A stretch of DNA of 64,000 nt from the human T2T-CHM13v2.0 reference genome, Homo sapiens, in assembly GCF_009914755.1 (NCBI RefSeq), contig NC_060945.1, one strand, 5' to 3'. The notes under the pieces are model-generated. The model made no database searches. It worked only from the letters and a program-made list of their open reading frames with translations, and was not told where the DNA came from. Shown here piece by piece: positions 32,270-44,752 of this stretch. The translations under genes were made by a program, and so were the position numbers. Each line of letters starts with the position of its first letter. The first letter of the stretch is position 1.

Positions 32270-33321
32270 TTAATTTTTTATTGTGATAAGAACATTTAAC
32301 TCAAGATCTATCTTCTTAACAAAGTTTTAAGGGCACAATATTGCTAATTACAGGAACAGTGTTATACAACAGATCTCTAGAATCTATTTATCTTGCATAA
32401 CTGACACCTTACACCCATTGATTAGCAGCTCCCTATTCCTTCCTCCTCTCGTCCCCTGGAAACCATCATTTTACTCTCTGCTTTGATGAATTTAACTATT
32501 TTATATGCCTCATGTAAGTAGAATCATGCAATATTTGTCCTTCTGCAGCTGGTTTATTCCACTTAGCATGATGTCAAAGTTCATCCCTGTTGTCACGTAT
32601 TGCAGGACTTCCTTCTTTTTTAAGGTGGAATAATATTTCATTGTATGTTCATGCCACATTTTCTTCATCCATTCATCAGTGATAAACATTTAACTTATTT
32701 CCACATCTTGGTTATTGTGAGCAGTGCTGTAGTGAACTTCGGAGTGTAAATATTTCCTCATCATCTCTATTCCAATTCTTTTAAATACCCAGAAGTGAAA
32801 TTGCTAGATCATATGGTAGTTCTACTTTTTTAATATTTAAAAAAGAAGTCTGTACTATTTTTCATAGAGGCTGCACCATTTTACATTTCCAACAACAGTG
32901 TAAAAGTGTTCCAATTACTCCACATCCTTGTCAACACTTATCTTTTATTTTGTTTTTATTATAGCTATTCTAACATATGTGAGGGGATATCTCATTGTGG
33001 TTTTTATTAATGTCTCCAAAGAAGTGCAAGCCTGGGCATCATGAAGAAGCCATCTCTACAGAATATACAAAAATTAGTGAGGCATGGTGGTGTGTGCCTG
33101 TAGTCTGAGCTACTCATGAGGCTAAGGTGATAAGATCACTTGAGCCAAGGAGGCTCTGAGGCTGCAGTGAACCGTGATCATGCTACCACACTCCAGCCTA
33201 GGTGACAGAGTGATACCTTGTCTCAAAAAAAAAAAAAAAAAACAGTACAAGTGGCCAACAGATATATGAAAATATGCTCCTGCTCAACATTACTAATCAT
33301 CAGGGAAATGCAAATCAAACC
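32270..33321 (-). mobile_element. L1MA9/10-like 3' end with inverted 5' segment
   Basis: Antisense 3'UTR and ORF2 end at 32270-33005; sense ORF2 piece at 33013-33321. Confidence 0.75.
33030..33242 (+). mobile_element. 5'-truncated AluJ
   Basis: GATCACTTGAGCC...GAGGCTGCAGTGA, polyA tail. Confidence 0.85.
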
Positions 33322-34789
33322 CATCTGGTTTTTGAAAGCAGGATTTATGCTCCTGGATTGAGTAAACCTGAAGGGTTCTTGGACAATTTGGGATGAAGAA
33401 ATCTCAAGAAAAAAACATTTATTGGCACCAATAATAGCAGGTTGGAGGTCCCAAATAATTAACTGGAGAGAAAGAAAGGAATTCTAGCTACCTTATACTG
33501 GAGCATCAGTTCATAACAGCTAGATTATAGATTATGGTTTTTTTTTTTTTTTTTTTTTCAGAATTAGCCATTGATAATTCAGTTTCATAAATTGCCTGTT
33601 CTTATTCTTTGTCAGTTTTTAGCATACATTCTTTCCTAATTGTTGTGAAAGTTCCTTCATATATTTTGGCTCCTATTCTAATTTTTAACTCCTAATTGTT
33701 TTCCTTCCTTATAAAATCTAATCTCGTTTATTTTTTCTCACCATTTTTTGTCAGTTGCAAAGTGTATCCCTAGTCATTCTTCAATTCGTGGATTTACACA
33801 TTATTCACAGAAAGAAACCAAGGCCAAGGAGCAAGCTGAAATTCCACACATTTTAGCTCTTAAATCTATTATTTGACCCTAAAAGCTTGTTAATTCCTAT
33901 TAAGTGACCCAGAAACTTCTCAACAACCAGCATAGTTCAAAGCCAGTCTCTTAATTATTTATCTAGTTTCCCAGTCCTCTGAACTTGTGTTAGTTGAGTT
34001 CTTCAGGGCATTCTTTTTCTCATTTGGGCTTTTATTTTTTTGCTATGTCATAATAAAAATAATAAAATTGAGGAGCATATTGATTTGACTTGTGAGCTAA
34101 TGGGTCAGGAAAGGCACATCACTAAAAATAAGAGAAATTTCTGTTAGAATCATGTAAATTTCTCTTTTCCTATTTTAAAATACAAAAGTTCATTATTTTT
34201 AACTAGTTGAATGTTTCTTGTTAAGCTAGTTTCCAGTGTCTAGGTGGGTGCCAAGTCTATGAATTATTTGAATTAAAACCTGTGGAAGGATAGAAAATTA
34301 CACAAAAAGGGAATTGTTTATATATGTATATTATACCCTGTTGCTTTGGAGGCCTTGGCTTGACATTGCTCTTATTTTTCTATATAAATATGAGAAAGCC
34401 AATAAAATAATTAGAGCAAATTTTGAAAACACAGGATGGTGAAGTGCTCTTCTCTGCTCATATTTACCTGCCATTTTCTCAAGAGATTCAAGCCTTATTA
34501 CAATGCCAGATTTGCACACACAAAAGTAAAGTACAGTGAAAGTTGATTGTTATTTATCTTGGGATTCAGGGATTGGAAGACAGACAGTGGATGGGAGCGG
34601 GCAAGTTTGGCCAATTTAACCCACTTTTCTTCTGATGATCTGGAAAATAAAATAAATATGATCTTAGAACTTTAATCTCTTGTTACTCTACCCTTCCAGT
34701 GAGATGCCTTGCAAATCATAGACACTCAGTAAACATCTGTGTACTTATTCAATAAAAGGGGGCACTCACAATAGAATAATGGTAGTCTG

Positions 34790-35345
34790 TTTTTGTATGC
34801 ATGTCTTCCCTTTATCTATAATCCAACTCCTCTCACAAGTGTGGTTAAACACTCAGCACAGTACTCTCATCTCAGCTGTGATAAGTTTTCCTCAAAACTG
34901 AGAAAAAGAGACGATCAAATGTGGACTTCAGGTTTCATTTTGTCACCACAAAATTCTATTAACTTTCCCACCATCTGTACCAAATAACCTACTCTATCTT
35001 TTATAACTGATGAAACCTCCCTTATGAAATCTAGGACCAACCTCAATACTTGTGACTGTTCTTGACTACACAGACTTCAAACTTCCCCTTCCTGCATCAT
35101 CTTCTCCCTTTCTATGGGAATATTCTCAAGGCATACCAGCATGCCATAGTCGGTCCTTTCTGACAAATGCTCCCTCTAGTTACAACACAATTTCTCTCCT
35201 CCCCTTCACATATAATCTATCTCCTCAACCCATTCCAACTGGCATTTTCCCTGCCATGCCACTATACGTGATCTTGCCAAAGTCACCTCTGACTACTATC
35301 TCATAAAATCTAAGCACTCATTTTTCTCTGTTCTACTTGACATAA
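34790..35345 (+). mobile_element. L2 ORF2 (RT-region) fragment
   Basis: CTCCTCAACCCATTCCAACTGGC...CTTGCCAAAGTCACC resembles the L2 LNPLQSGF...KVT segment. Confidence 0.55.
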
Positions 35346-35359
35346 GTGACTACTCATCT

Positions 35360-37200
35360 TCATTCATTTTTTAACAAATATGTATTGATTATTTACTACC
35401 TGAGAATACTGAGAGTACTGGCCTAAGTGCTGGGGAGAAAGAAGTAAAAAAAAAAAAAAAAAATTGAAGAATACCCCTTCCTTGTAGAGTTTGCACTCCA
35501 AAAATAAGCAATGTAAATACATAAAATACGTGCTATACTAGAGAGTGATAAGTTCAAAGGTTCCTGAATCTGGTCTGGTGAGACAGAACACTCACACCAC
35601 AAGTCAAGCAAACCAACTTTAATATTCCCAGATAGGTAGCAAAGACAAACAGAAGCCAGGATGCATGGTAAGCCAGTCCCTCAAGGGTCAGGAAAACCTG
35701 CCCAGGACAAATGGAGTCTCCTCTGTAAATGCCCTTTATCACACCACAGCTGAGCAACCTTGAAAGCACTATGCTCTGGGTTTTGTACCCTGGGCATTTC
35801 TTGGCTCACTGACCCAAGCATTGCAGAATATCCTGTTCTGGGAAGAGGAAGACATAGCTCAAGTTGTTCCAGACATTTTCTCTTTATCTCAGGATATTGC
35901 ATTCTCAGTACATTCTGCCTAGTAATTGCCAATAAGAGGGAGATAAGCTGGCTTGGCCACGGTCATTTGGGACCTGTCTTTCAAGAGCAAAAGTTTACAA
36001 ATATAAAGTAGGAAAAGGGAATAAGAAGAATTGGGAAGAAGGTTTGACATTTTAGATAGTAAGATCAGGAAAGACCTTTCTAAAAGGTGACATTTTAGCA
36101 ATGATCAGAAGGAAGAAATTGACTTATCTAAGGAAACATAATTGCAGGCTTATGGGAGGAGCGAAGTAAGTGCAAAGGCCCAGAGGCGTAAGTGTGACTG
36201 GTGTACTAAAGAAAAAGCAAGAATACCACAGTGGAAAGGGTGGAGCAAGACGAACAGAGGGTGGCAAGAGATGAGGTCAGAGATGAAACTGAGGGCCAAC
36301 CCATAGTAAGCGCATTTTGGCTTTTATTCTACGTGAGATGAGAGACAAATTTTAAACAATGGAGAGATTCTATCTGTATTTAACAGAATAACTCCAGCTG
36401 CTTTGTTGTGACTAAACTGTAAAAGGGGTGAATGCAAAATTAGGGAGACCATGAAGTACTATTGCAATAATCCAGCAAAGTGCTGATGGTGGCATGAGGA
36501 GCATGGTATTGTGGGAGTGGCAAGAAGCGAAAGGGTTCTAGATGTATTTTTGAGGGTGCGCTGACAATATTTAATAAAAATCTGGATTGTGGGGGGCGAG
36601 AAAAAATGAGAGTTAAAGAATGACTACAAGATTTCCGACATGAAGAACAGATGATTCAATGAAGTAGAAAGCATTGCAAAATAGGCTTGGCAGGGAATTA
36701 TCTGGATCTCTGATTTGAATTTGTTAACTTTTAGAGGTCTATTAATTATCCTAGTGGAGATAGATAGAAGTCTGGAGTCTGGGAGAGAGGGTTGAGCTGA
36801 ACCTAATTTGGGGAAGATAAGGAGGAGCCAGCAACAAAGACAGAGAGCAGCCATTCAGGTAGGAGGAGAATAGGTGAATGTGGCCATTGAAATTCAAGTC
36901 AGTAAAGTGTTTCAGGAGAAGAGAGTAATCAACATGTCAAATGCTACAGTTATGTCAAAACAAATGAGGAGCACGCACTTTACAAGGATTTAGCAAAGTG
37001 AACTGATGGATTCCTGACTCTGGATAGGCTAGTGAAAGGCTGATTGGTGAGGAGTCAAGAGAGACCACTAGGGAGAAATTGGGTACAGAAAATGTAGACA
37101 ACTGTTCCCAGCAGTTTTGCTATAAAAAGAAAAAAAATGGAATAGTAGTAGGATGAGAGAGTACACTCAAGAGAAATAGTAGCATGTTCGTATGCTGATA
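35360..37200 (-). mobile_element. L2 LINE 3' portion, interrupted by an LTR
   Basis: CATTCATT..AACAAATA.GTATTGA 3' end; AAGTGCAAAGGCCCAGAGG; GAGATGAGGTCAGAGA. Confidence 0.7.
35550..35990 (-). mobile_element. ERVL-type solo LTR (MER54/73/74-like group)
   Basis: Reverse complement shares U5 and polyA region with 18400-18790. Confidence 0.5.
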
Positions 37201-37339
37201 AGATATTTCCCATCTCAGCCAATGGTAACCCCATCCTTCCAGTTGCTCTGGCCCAATTCTCAAAGCTATCGTTGATTCCTTTTTTTTTTTTCTGAGACTA
37301 CGCAGAAACAATGGAAAATTTTGATAGCTGTACTTTCAA

Positions 37340-38450
37340 TATCCAGAAATAAAGAGAATTGAAAGAATTAGAAGACTCCCCATCTCTAATGAGTCTAAGA
37401 AATAATCATCAATGGCTGCTCAAAACCAAAGAGACTATAAGAATCACGTGCCTTCCAATAAGTATCCAACACCACCTCTGAAGAAAATCAAACCTGGATA
37501 CAATCAAGCCACTAGATATAACCACAAAGGCTCATAAATTATACGAGACAGAAGAACTTATGTGACCCAACAGGCACACAGTTAACATTATTCAGGGTGC
37601 GGCAAACTCCAGAGGACAAAGTGACCTAGTCTTCAGAAAATAAACTATAAGAGAAAAACAGAGAGAGAAGAGAGAGAGAAAGACAGCAAGCAAACCTAAA
37701 GGTTAAAAGACATAAAGGACATGGCAATATGCTTCTCCACAAAATGTGTGAATACTGTCTGAATAATGATTTAAACAAACCAATTTAAAAATTACAAGAC
37801 ATTTGGGGAAATTTGCACACTGAATGGATGTTTGATTATATTAAAGACACAATATTTTAGGTGTGACAATTCTGCTGTGGTTACACTTATTTATTTATTT
37901 GTTTGTTTATGTATTTATTTATCTATTTATTTTGAGACAGGGTCTCACTCTGTCACCCAGGCTGGCGTACAGTGGTGTGATCATGACTCACTGCAGCCTC
38001 AACTTCGTGGGCCAAGATAATCCTCCTGTCTCAGCCTTCCGAGCAGCTGGTTTTGCCATGTTGCCCGGGCTGGTCTCAGATTCCTGGGCTCAAGCAATCC
38101 TCCCGCCTCGGCTTCTCAAATTCCTGGGATTACAGGTGTGACCCACCACACCACGCCTGTGGTTACATTTTTAAATTGCTTTTATCTTTTATACTAAAAT
38201 AATTACACAGTGAATAATATTATACCTGGTGATAGTTTCAAAACAATTCAATAGAGGGACGTAGAGGGGACAACTACAAATGCAAATGGATTGGCCATGA
38301 GTGGACCTTTGCAGGTAGATGGTTCGAATTCATGCTACTGTTCTCTCTCTCCACTTTTGTTTATGTCTCATGTTTCATCTAACAAGAAGCTTTTTTAACT
38401 CTATTAAAATTTGCTGTCATAATAACTAAAAAAGAGCAAAGAAAACAAAT
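37340..38450 (+). mobile_element. Old L1M (L1MC/ME-like) 3' fragments
   Basis: GACATTTGGGGAAATTTG...TTTTAGGTGTGACAAT...ATTGGCCATGAGT. Confidence 0.55.
37885..38157 (-). mobile_element. AluJ with internal deletion and (TTTA)n tail
   Basis: GAGACAGGGTCTCACTCTGTCACCCAGGCTGG...CTCACTGCAGCCTC...GGGCTCAAGCAATCC. Confidence 0.85.
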
Positions 38451-38473
38451 TGTTACAAAGGTGGCAAGAGAGG

Positions 38474-38926
38474 TGTCAGGCCTCTGAGCCCAAGCTAAGC
38501 CATCGCATCCCAGGTGACTTGCAGGTATATATGCCCAGATGGCCTGAAGTAACTGAAGAATCACAAAAGAAGTGAAAATGCCCTGCCCCACCTTAACTGA
38601 TGATATGCCACCACAAAAGAAGTGAAAATGGCTGGTCCTTGCCTTAAGTGATGACATTACCTTGTAAAAGTCCTTTTCCTGGCTCATCCTGGCTCAAAAA
38701 GCTCCCCTACTGAGCACCTTCCAACCCCCACTCCTGCCCATCAGAGAACAACCCCCTGTTGACTGTAATTTTCCTTTACCTACCCAAATCCTATAAAATG
38801 GCCCCACCCCTATCTCCCTTCGCTGACTCTCTTTTTGGACTCAGCCTGCCTGCACCCAGGTGATTAAAAGCTTTATTGCTCACACAAAGCCTGTTTGGTG
38901 GTCTCTTCACACGGACGCACATGAAA
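38474..38926 (+). promoter_or_regulatory. HERV-H 5' LTR7 promoter/enhancer
   Basis: Complete LTR with TATAAAA box, GGCCCCACCCC GC/KLF-type box, two ACAAAAGA motifs and ATTAAA. Confidence 0.9.
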
Positions 38927-38928
38927 TT

Positions 38929-38946
38929 TGGTGCCGTGACTCAGAT
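38929..38946 (+). other. tRNA-His primer binding site
   Basis: TGGTGCCGTGACTCAGAT, one mismatch to the HERV-H PBS TGGTGCCGTGACTCGGAT. Confidence 0.9.
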
Positions 38947-39069
38947 CGGGGGACCTCCCTTGGGAGATCAATCCCCTGTCCTCCTGCTCTTTGCTCCATG
39001 AAAAAGATCCACCTATGACCACGGGTCCTCAGACCCACCAGCCCAAGGAACATCTCACCAATTTTAAAT

Positions 39070-39078
39070 CGGGTAAGC
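39070..39078 (+). promoter_or_regulatory. HERV-H leader splice donor
   Basis: CGG|GTAAGC about 145 nt after the 5' LTR. Confidence 0.7.
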
Positions 39079-39467
39079 GGCCTCTTCTTACTCTCTTCTC
39101 CAACCTCTCTCACTATCCTTCAACCACTTTCTCCTTTCAATCTTGGTGCCACCCTTCAATCTCTCCCTTCTCTTAATTTCAATTCCTTTCATTTTCTGGT
39201 AGAGACAAAGGAGACACATTTTATCTGTGGACCCAAAACTCTGGCACCAGTCACAGACTCAAGAAGGCAGCCTTCCCTTGGTGTTTAATCATTGCAGGGA
39301 TGCCTCTCTGATTATTCACCCCCATTTCAGAGGTGTCCGACCACGCAGGGATGCCTGCCTTGGTCCTTTACCCTTAGCGGCAAGTACCGCTTTTCTGGGG
39401 GCAAGAACCCCCCAACCCCTTCTCTCTGTGTCTCTACCCTTTCTCTGCTTTTCTAGGGGCAAGAACC

Positions 39468-39665
39468 CCCTGATCCCTTATTTCTGTGCCCCAGGATCTT
39501 ATCTCTGCACCCTGATCCCTTATTTCCATGCCCCGACCTCTTATCTCTGTGCCCCGATCCCTTATTTCCATGGTCCAACCTCTTATCTCTGCACCCCTAC
39601 CCCTTATTTCTGCACCCTGACCTCTTATCTCTGTACCCCAACCCCTTATTTCCATGCCCCAACCC
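39468..39665. repeat. ~20/41-bp tandem repeat in the HERV-H leader
   Basis: Alternating CCCTTATTTCCATGCCCC and CCTCTTATCTCTGTGCCCC-like units, about 9-10 monomers. Confidence 0.85.
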
Positions 39666-39754
39666 CTTTCCCGCTTTTCTGGAGGGTAAGAACTCCCAAA
39701 CCCCTTCCCTCCATGTCTCTAGTCTCTCTTTTCTCTGGGCTTGCCTCCTTCACT

Positions 39755-41010
39755 ATGGGCAACCTTCCACCCTCCATTCCTCCTTCTTCTCCCTTAGCCT
39801 GTGTTCTCAAGAACTTAAAACCTCTTCAACTCACACCTGACCTAAAACCTAAATGCCTTATCTTCTTCTGCAATGCTGCTTGACCCCAATATAAACTCAA
39901 CAGTGGTTCCAAATAGCCAGAAAATGGCACTTTCCATTTATCCATCCTACAAGATCTAAATAACAATTGTCATAAAATGGGCAAACGGTCTGAGGTGCCT
40001 GATGTCCAGGCATTCTTTTATACTTTGTTGCCTCCCTAGTCTCTGTTCCCAATGTGACTCATCCCAGATCCTCCTTCTTTCCCTCCCACCTGTCCCCTCA
40101 GTCCCAACCCCAAGCGTTGCTGAGTCTTTCTAATCTTCCTTTTCTACAGACCCATCTGACCTCTCCCCTCATCGCCAGGCCGAGCCAGGTCCCAATTCTT
40201 CCTTAGCCTCTGCTCCCCAACCCTACAATCCTTTTATCACCTCGCCTCCTCACACCTGGTCCAGCTTACAGTTTCATTCAGCGACTAGCCTTCCCCCACC
40301 AGCCCAGCAATTTCCTCTTAAAAAGGTGGCTGGAGCTAAAGGCATAGTCAAGGTTAATGCTCCTTTTTCTTTATCTGACCTCTCCCAAAATCACTTCGCG
40401 TTTAGGATCTTTTTCATCAAATATAAAAACCCAGCCCAGTTCATAATTCGTTTGGCCGCAACCCTGAGACGCTTTACAGCCCCAGACCCTGAAAGGTCAG
40501 AAGGCTGTCTTATTCTCAATATGCATTTTATTTTATTACCCAGTCTGCTCCTGACATGAAATAAAGCTCCAAAAATTAAATTCTGGCCCTCAGACCCCAC
40601 AACAGGACTTAATTAACCTCACGTTCAAGGTGTACAATAATAGAGTAGAGGCAGCCAAGTAGCAATGTATTTCTGAGTTGCAATTCCTTGCCTCCACTGT
40701 GAGACAAACCCCAGCCACAACTCCAGCACACAAGAACTCCAAACACCTGAACCGCAGCTGCCAGGGGTTCCTCCAGAACCTCCTCCCCCAGGAGCTTGCT
40801 ACAAGGGCTGGAAATCTGGCCACTGGGCCAAGGAATGCCCACAGCCTGGGATTCCTCCTAAGCCATGTCCCATCTGTGTGGGATGCCACTGAAAATAGGA
40901 CTGTTCAACTCACCTGGCAGCCACTTCCAGAGCCCCTGGAACTCTGGCCCAAGGCTCCCTGACTGACTCCTTCCCTGATCTTCTCAGCTTAGCAGCTGAA
41001 GACTGACACT
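39755..41010 (+). pseudogene. gag: HERV-H gag remnant
   Basis: MGNLPPSIPPSSPLACVLKNL start; degenerate zinc knuckles (CYK..KSGHWAKEC, CPIC..H) near 40800-40905; stops and frameshifts. Confidence 0.8.
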
Positions 41011-41067
41011 GCCTGATTGCCTCAGAAGCCTACAGGACCATCACAGATGCCCTAGATAACTCTCACA

Positions 41068-43780
41068 GTGGAGGGTAAGTCCATCCCCTTCTTAGTCAAT
41101 ACGGAGGCTACCCACTCCACATTACCTTCTTTTCAAGGGCCTGTTTCCCTTGCCTCCATAACTGTTGTGGGTATTGACAGCCAGGCTTCTAAACCTCTTA
41201 AAACTCCCCAACTCTGGTGCCAACTTAGAAAACATTCGTTTATGCACTCTTTTTTAGTTATCCCCACCTGCCCAGTTCCCTTATTAGGCCAAGACATTTT
41301 AACTAAGTTATCTGCTTCCCTGACTATTCCTGGACTACAGCTGCATCTCATTGCCACCCTTCTCCCCAACCCAAAGCCTCCTTTCCGTCTTCCTCTCATT
41401 TCCCCCCACCTTAACCCACACGTATGGGACATGTCTACTCCTTCCCTGGCAACTGATCACATGCCCCTTACCATCCCATTAAAACCTAATCACCCTTACC
41501 CCACTCAATGCCAATATCCCATCCCACAGCAAGCTTTAAAAGGATTAAAGCCTGTTATCACTCGCCTGCTACAGCATGGGCTTCTAAAACCTATAAACTC
41601 CCCTTACAATTCCCCCATTTCACCTGTCCTAAAACCAGACGTGGCTTACAGGTTAGTTCAAGATCTGCGCCTTATCAACAAAATTGTTTTGCCTATCCAC
41701 CCCGTGGTGCCAAACCCATATACTCTCCTATTCTCTATACATCCCTCCACAATCCATTAGTGTGTTCTAGATCTCAAACATGCTTTCTTTACTATTCCTT
41801 TGCACCCTTCATCCCAGCCTCTCTTCACTTTCTCTTGGACCGACCCTGACACCCATCAGGCTCAGCAAATGACCTGGGCTGTACTGATGCAAGTCTTCAC
41901 AGATGGCCCCTATTATTTCAGTCAAGCCCAAATTTCTTCCTCATCTGTTACCTCTCTTGACATCATAAAAACACATGTGCTCTCCCTGCTGACCATGTCC
42001 GGCTAATCTCCCAAACCCCAATCCCTTCTAAAACACAACAACTCCTTTCCTTCCTAGGCATGGTTAGTGTGGTCAGAATTCTTACACAAGAGCCGGGACC
42101 ACACCCTGTAGCCTTTCTGCCCAAACAACTTGACCTTACTCTTTTAGCCTAGCCCTCATGTCTGCGTGCAGTGGCTGCCACTGCTTTAATACTTTTAGAG
42201 GCCCTAAAAATCACAAACTATGCTCAACTCACTCTCTACAGTTCTCATAACTTCCAAAATCTATTCTCTTCCTCACACCTGATGCATATACTTTCTGCTC
42301 CCCGGCTCCTTCAGCCGTACTCACTCTTTGTTGAGTCTCCCACAATTACCATTGTTCCTGGCTCAGACTTCAATCTGGCCTCCCACATTATTCCGGATAC
42401 CACACCTGACCCTCATGACTGTATGTCTCTGATCCACCTGATGTTCACCCCATTTCCCCACATTTCCTTCTTCCCTGTTTCTCACCCTGATCACACTTGG
42501 TTTATTGATGGCAGTTCCACCAGGCCTAATCGCCACTCACCAGCAAAGGCAGGCTATGCAATAGTATCTTCCACATCTGTTATTGAGGCTACCACTCTGC
42601 CCCCCTCCACTACCTCTTAGCAAGCCAAACTAGTTGCCTTAACTCAGGCCCTTACTCACTGTTGCAAAAGGACAATGCGTCAATATTTATACTGACTCTA
42701 AATATGCCTTTCATATCCTGCACCACCATGCTATTATATAGGCTGAAAGAGGTTTCCTCACTAGCAAGGGTCCTCCATCATTAATGCCTCTTTAATAAAA
42801 ACTCTGCTCAAGGCCGCTTTACTTCCAAAGGAAGCTGAAGTCATTCACTGCAAAGGCCATCAAAAGGGGTTAGATCCCATTGCTCTAGGCAATGCTTATG
42901 CTGATAAGGTGGCTAGACAAGCAGCTAGCTTTCCACCTTCTGTCCCTCATGGCCAGTTTTTCTCCTTCACATCAGTCACTCCCACCTACTCTCCCGCTGA
43001 AACTTCCACCTATCAATCTCTTCCCACACAAGGCAAATGGTTCTTAGACCAAGGAAAATATCTCCTTCCAGCCCCACAGGCCCATTCTATTCTGTCGTCA
43101 TTTCATAACCTCTTCCATGTAGGTTACAAGCCGCTAACCCATCTTGTAGAACCTCTCATTTCCTTTCCATCCTGGAAATCTATCCTCAAGGAAATCACTT
43201 CTCAGTGTTCCATTTGCTATTCTACTACCCCTCAGGGATTGTTCAGGCCCCCTCTCTTTCCTACACATCAAGCTTGAGGATTTGCCCCTGCCCAAGACTG
43301 GCAAATTGACTTTACTCACATGCCCCAAGTCAGAAAACTAAAATATCTCTTAGCCTAGGTAGACACTTTCACTGGATAGGTAGAGGCCTTTCCTACAGGG
43401 TCTGAGAAGGCCACTGCGGTCATTTCTTCCCTTCTGTCAGACATAATTCCTCGGTTTGGCCTTCCCACCTCTATACAGTCCGATAGCACACCAGCCTTTA
43501 TTAGTCAAATCAGCCAAGCATTTTTTCAGACTCTTAGTATTCAGTGAAACCTTTATATCCCTTACAGTCCTCAGTCTTCAGGAAAAGTAGAACAGACTAA
43601 TAGTCTTTTAAAAACACCTCACCAAGCTCAGCCACCAACTTAAAAAGGACTAGACAATACTTTTACCACTTGCCCTTCTCAGAATTCAGGCCTGTCCTCA
43701 GAATGCTACAAGGTACAGACCATTTGAGCTCCCGTAGAGACGCTCCTTTATATTAGGCCCCGGTCTCATTCCAGACACCG
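41068..43780 (+). pseudogene. pol: HERV-H pro-pol remnant
   Basis: Protease LVNTEATHS...LLGQDIL; RT YNSPI..V.KPD..YRLVQDLRLIN; RNase H WFIDGSS; integrase HNLFH...CSIC and WQIDFTHMP; many stops and deletions. Confidence 0.9.
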
Positions 43781-44380
43781 GACCAACTTGGACTGTGCCC
43801 CAAAAAACTTGTCATCCCTACTATCTTCTGTCTACTCATACTCCTATTCACCATTCTCAACTACTCATACATGCCCTGCTCTTGTTTACACTGCTGATTT
43901 ACACTGTTTCTCCAAGCCATCACAGCTGATATCTCCTGGTGCTATCCCCAAACCGCCACTCTTAACTCTTAAAGTAAATAAATAATCTTTGCTGGCAGGA
44001 CTATGCTGAATCCCCTTAGGCACTCTCTAATTAGATGTCCTAGGTCCTCCCAATTCTTAGACCTTTAATACCTGTTTTTCTCCTTCTCTTATTCCGTTTA
44101 GTTTTTCAATTCATACAAAACCACATCCAGACCATCACCAATAATTCTAAATGACAAATGTTTCTTCTAACAATCCCACAATGTCACCCCTTACCACAAA
44201 ATCTTCCTTCAGCTTCATCTCTCGCACTCTAGGTTCCCACGCCGCCCCTAATCCCGCTTGAAGCAACCCTGAGAGACATCACCCATTCTCTCTCTCCATA
44301 CCACCCCCAAAAATTTTCACCACCCCAACACTTCAACACTATTTTGTTTTATTTTTCTTATTAATATAAGAAGGCAGGAA

Positions 44381-44752
44381 TGTCAGGCCTCTGAGCCCAA
44401 GCTAAGCCATCGCAGCCCCTGTGACTTGCAGGTATATATGCCCAGATGGCCTGAAGTAACTGAAGAATCACAAAAGAAGTGAAAATGCCCTGCCCGGCCT
44501 TAACTGATGACATTCCACCACAAAAGAAGTGAAAATGGCCAGTCCTTGCCTTAAGTGATGACATTACCTTGTAAAAATCCTTTTCCTGGCTCATCCTGGC
44601 TCAAAAAGCTCCCCTACTAAGCACCTTGCAACCCCCACTCCTGCCCACCAGAGAACAATCCCCCTTTGACTGTAATTTTCCTTTACCTACCCAAATCCTA
44701 TAAAGTGGCCCCACCCCTGTCTCCCTTCGCTAACTCTCTTTTTGGACTCAGC
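44381..44752 (+). mobile_element. HERV-H 3' LTR7, truncated in R
   Basis: Matches the 5' LTR (about 19 mismatches in 372 nt by manual count) up to GGACTCAGC, then unrelated sequence. Confidence 0.92.

Larger units (their letters stand above)
38474..44752 (+). mobile_element. HERV-H provirus (env-deleted type) with truncated 3' LTR
   Basis: 5' LTR7, His PBS, gag/pro/pol remnants, PPT AAGAAGGCAGGAA at 44368-44380, 3' LTR7. Confidence 0.96.

Noticed and set aside
39468-39665. Regularly spaced short repeats that could suggest CRISPR
   Set aside because: Head-to-tail degenerate units with no unique spacers, inside the HERV-H leader; no cas genes; eukaryotic context
43780-44367. Possible env gene
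   Set aside because: Only about 0.6 kb lies between integrase and the PPT, with no env-length ORF; typical env-deleted HERV-H
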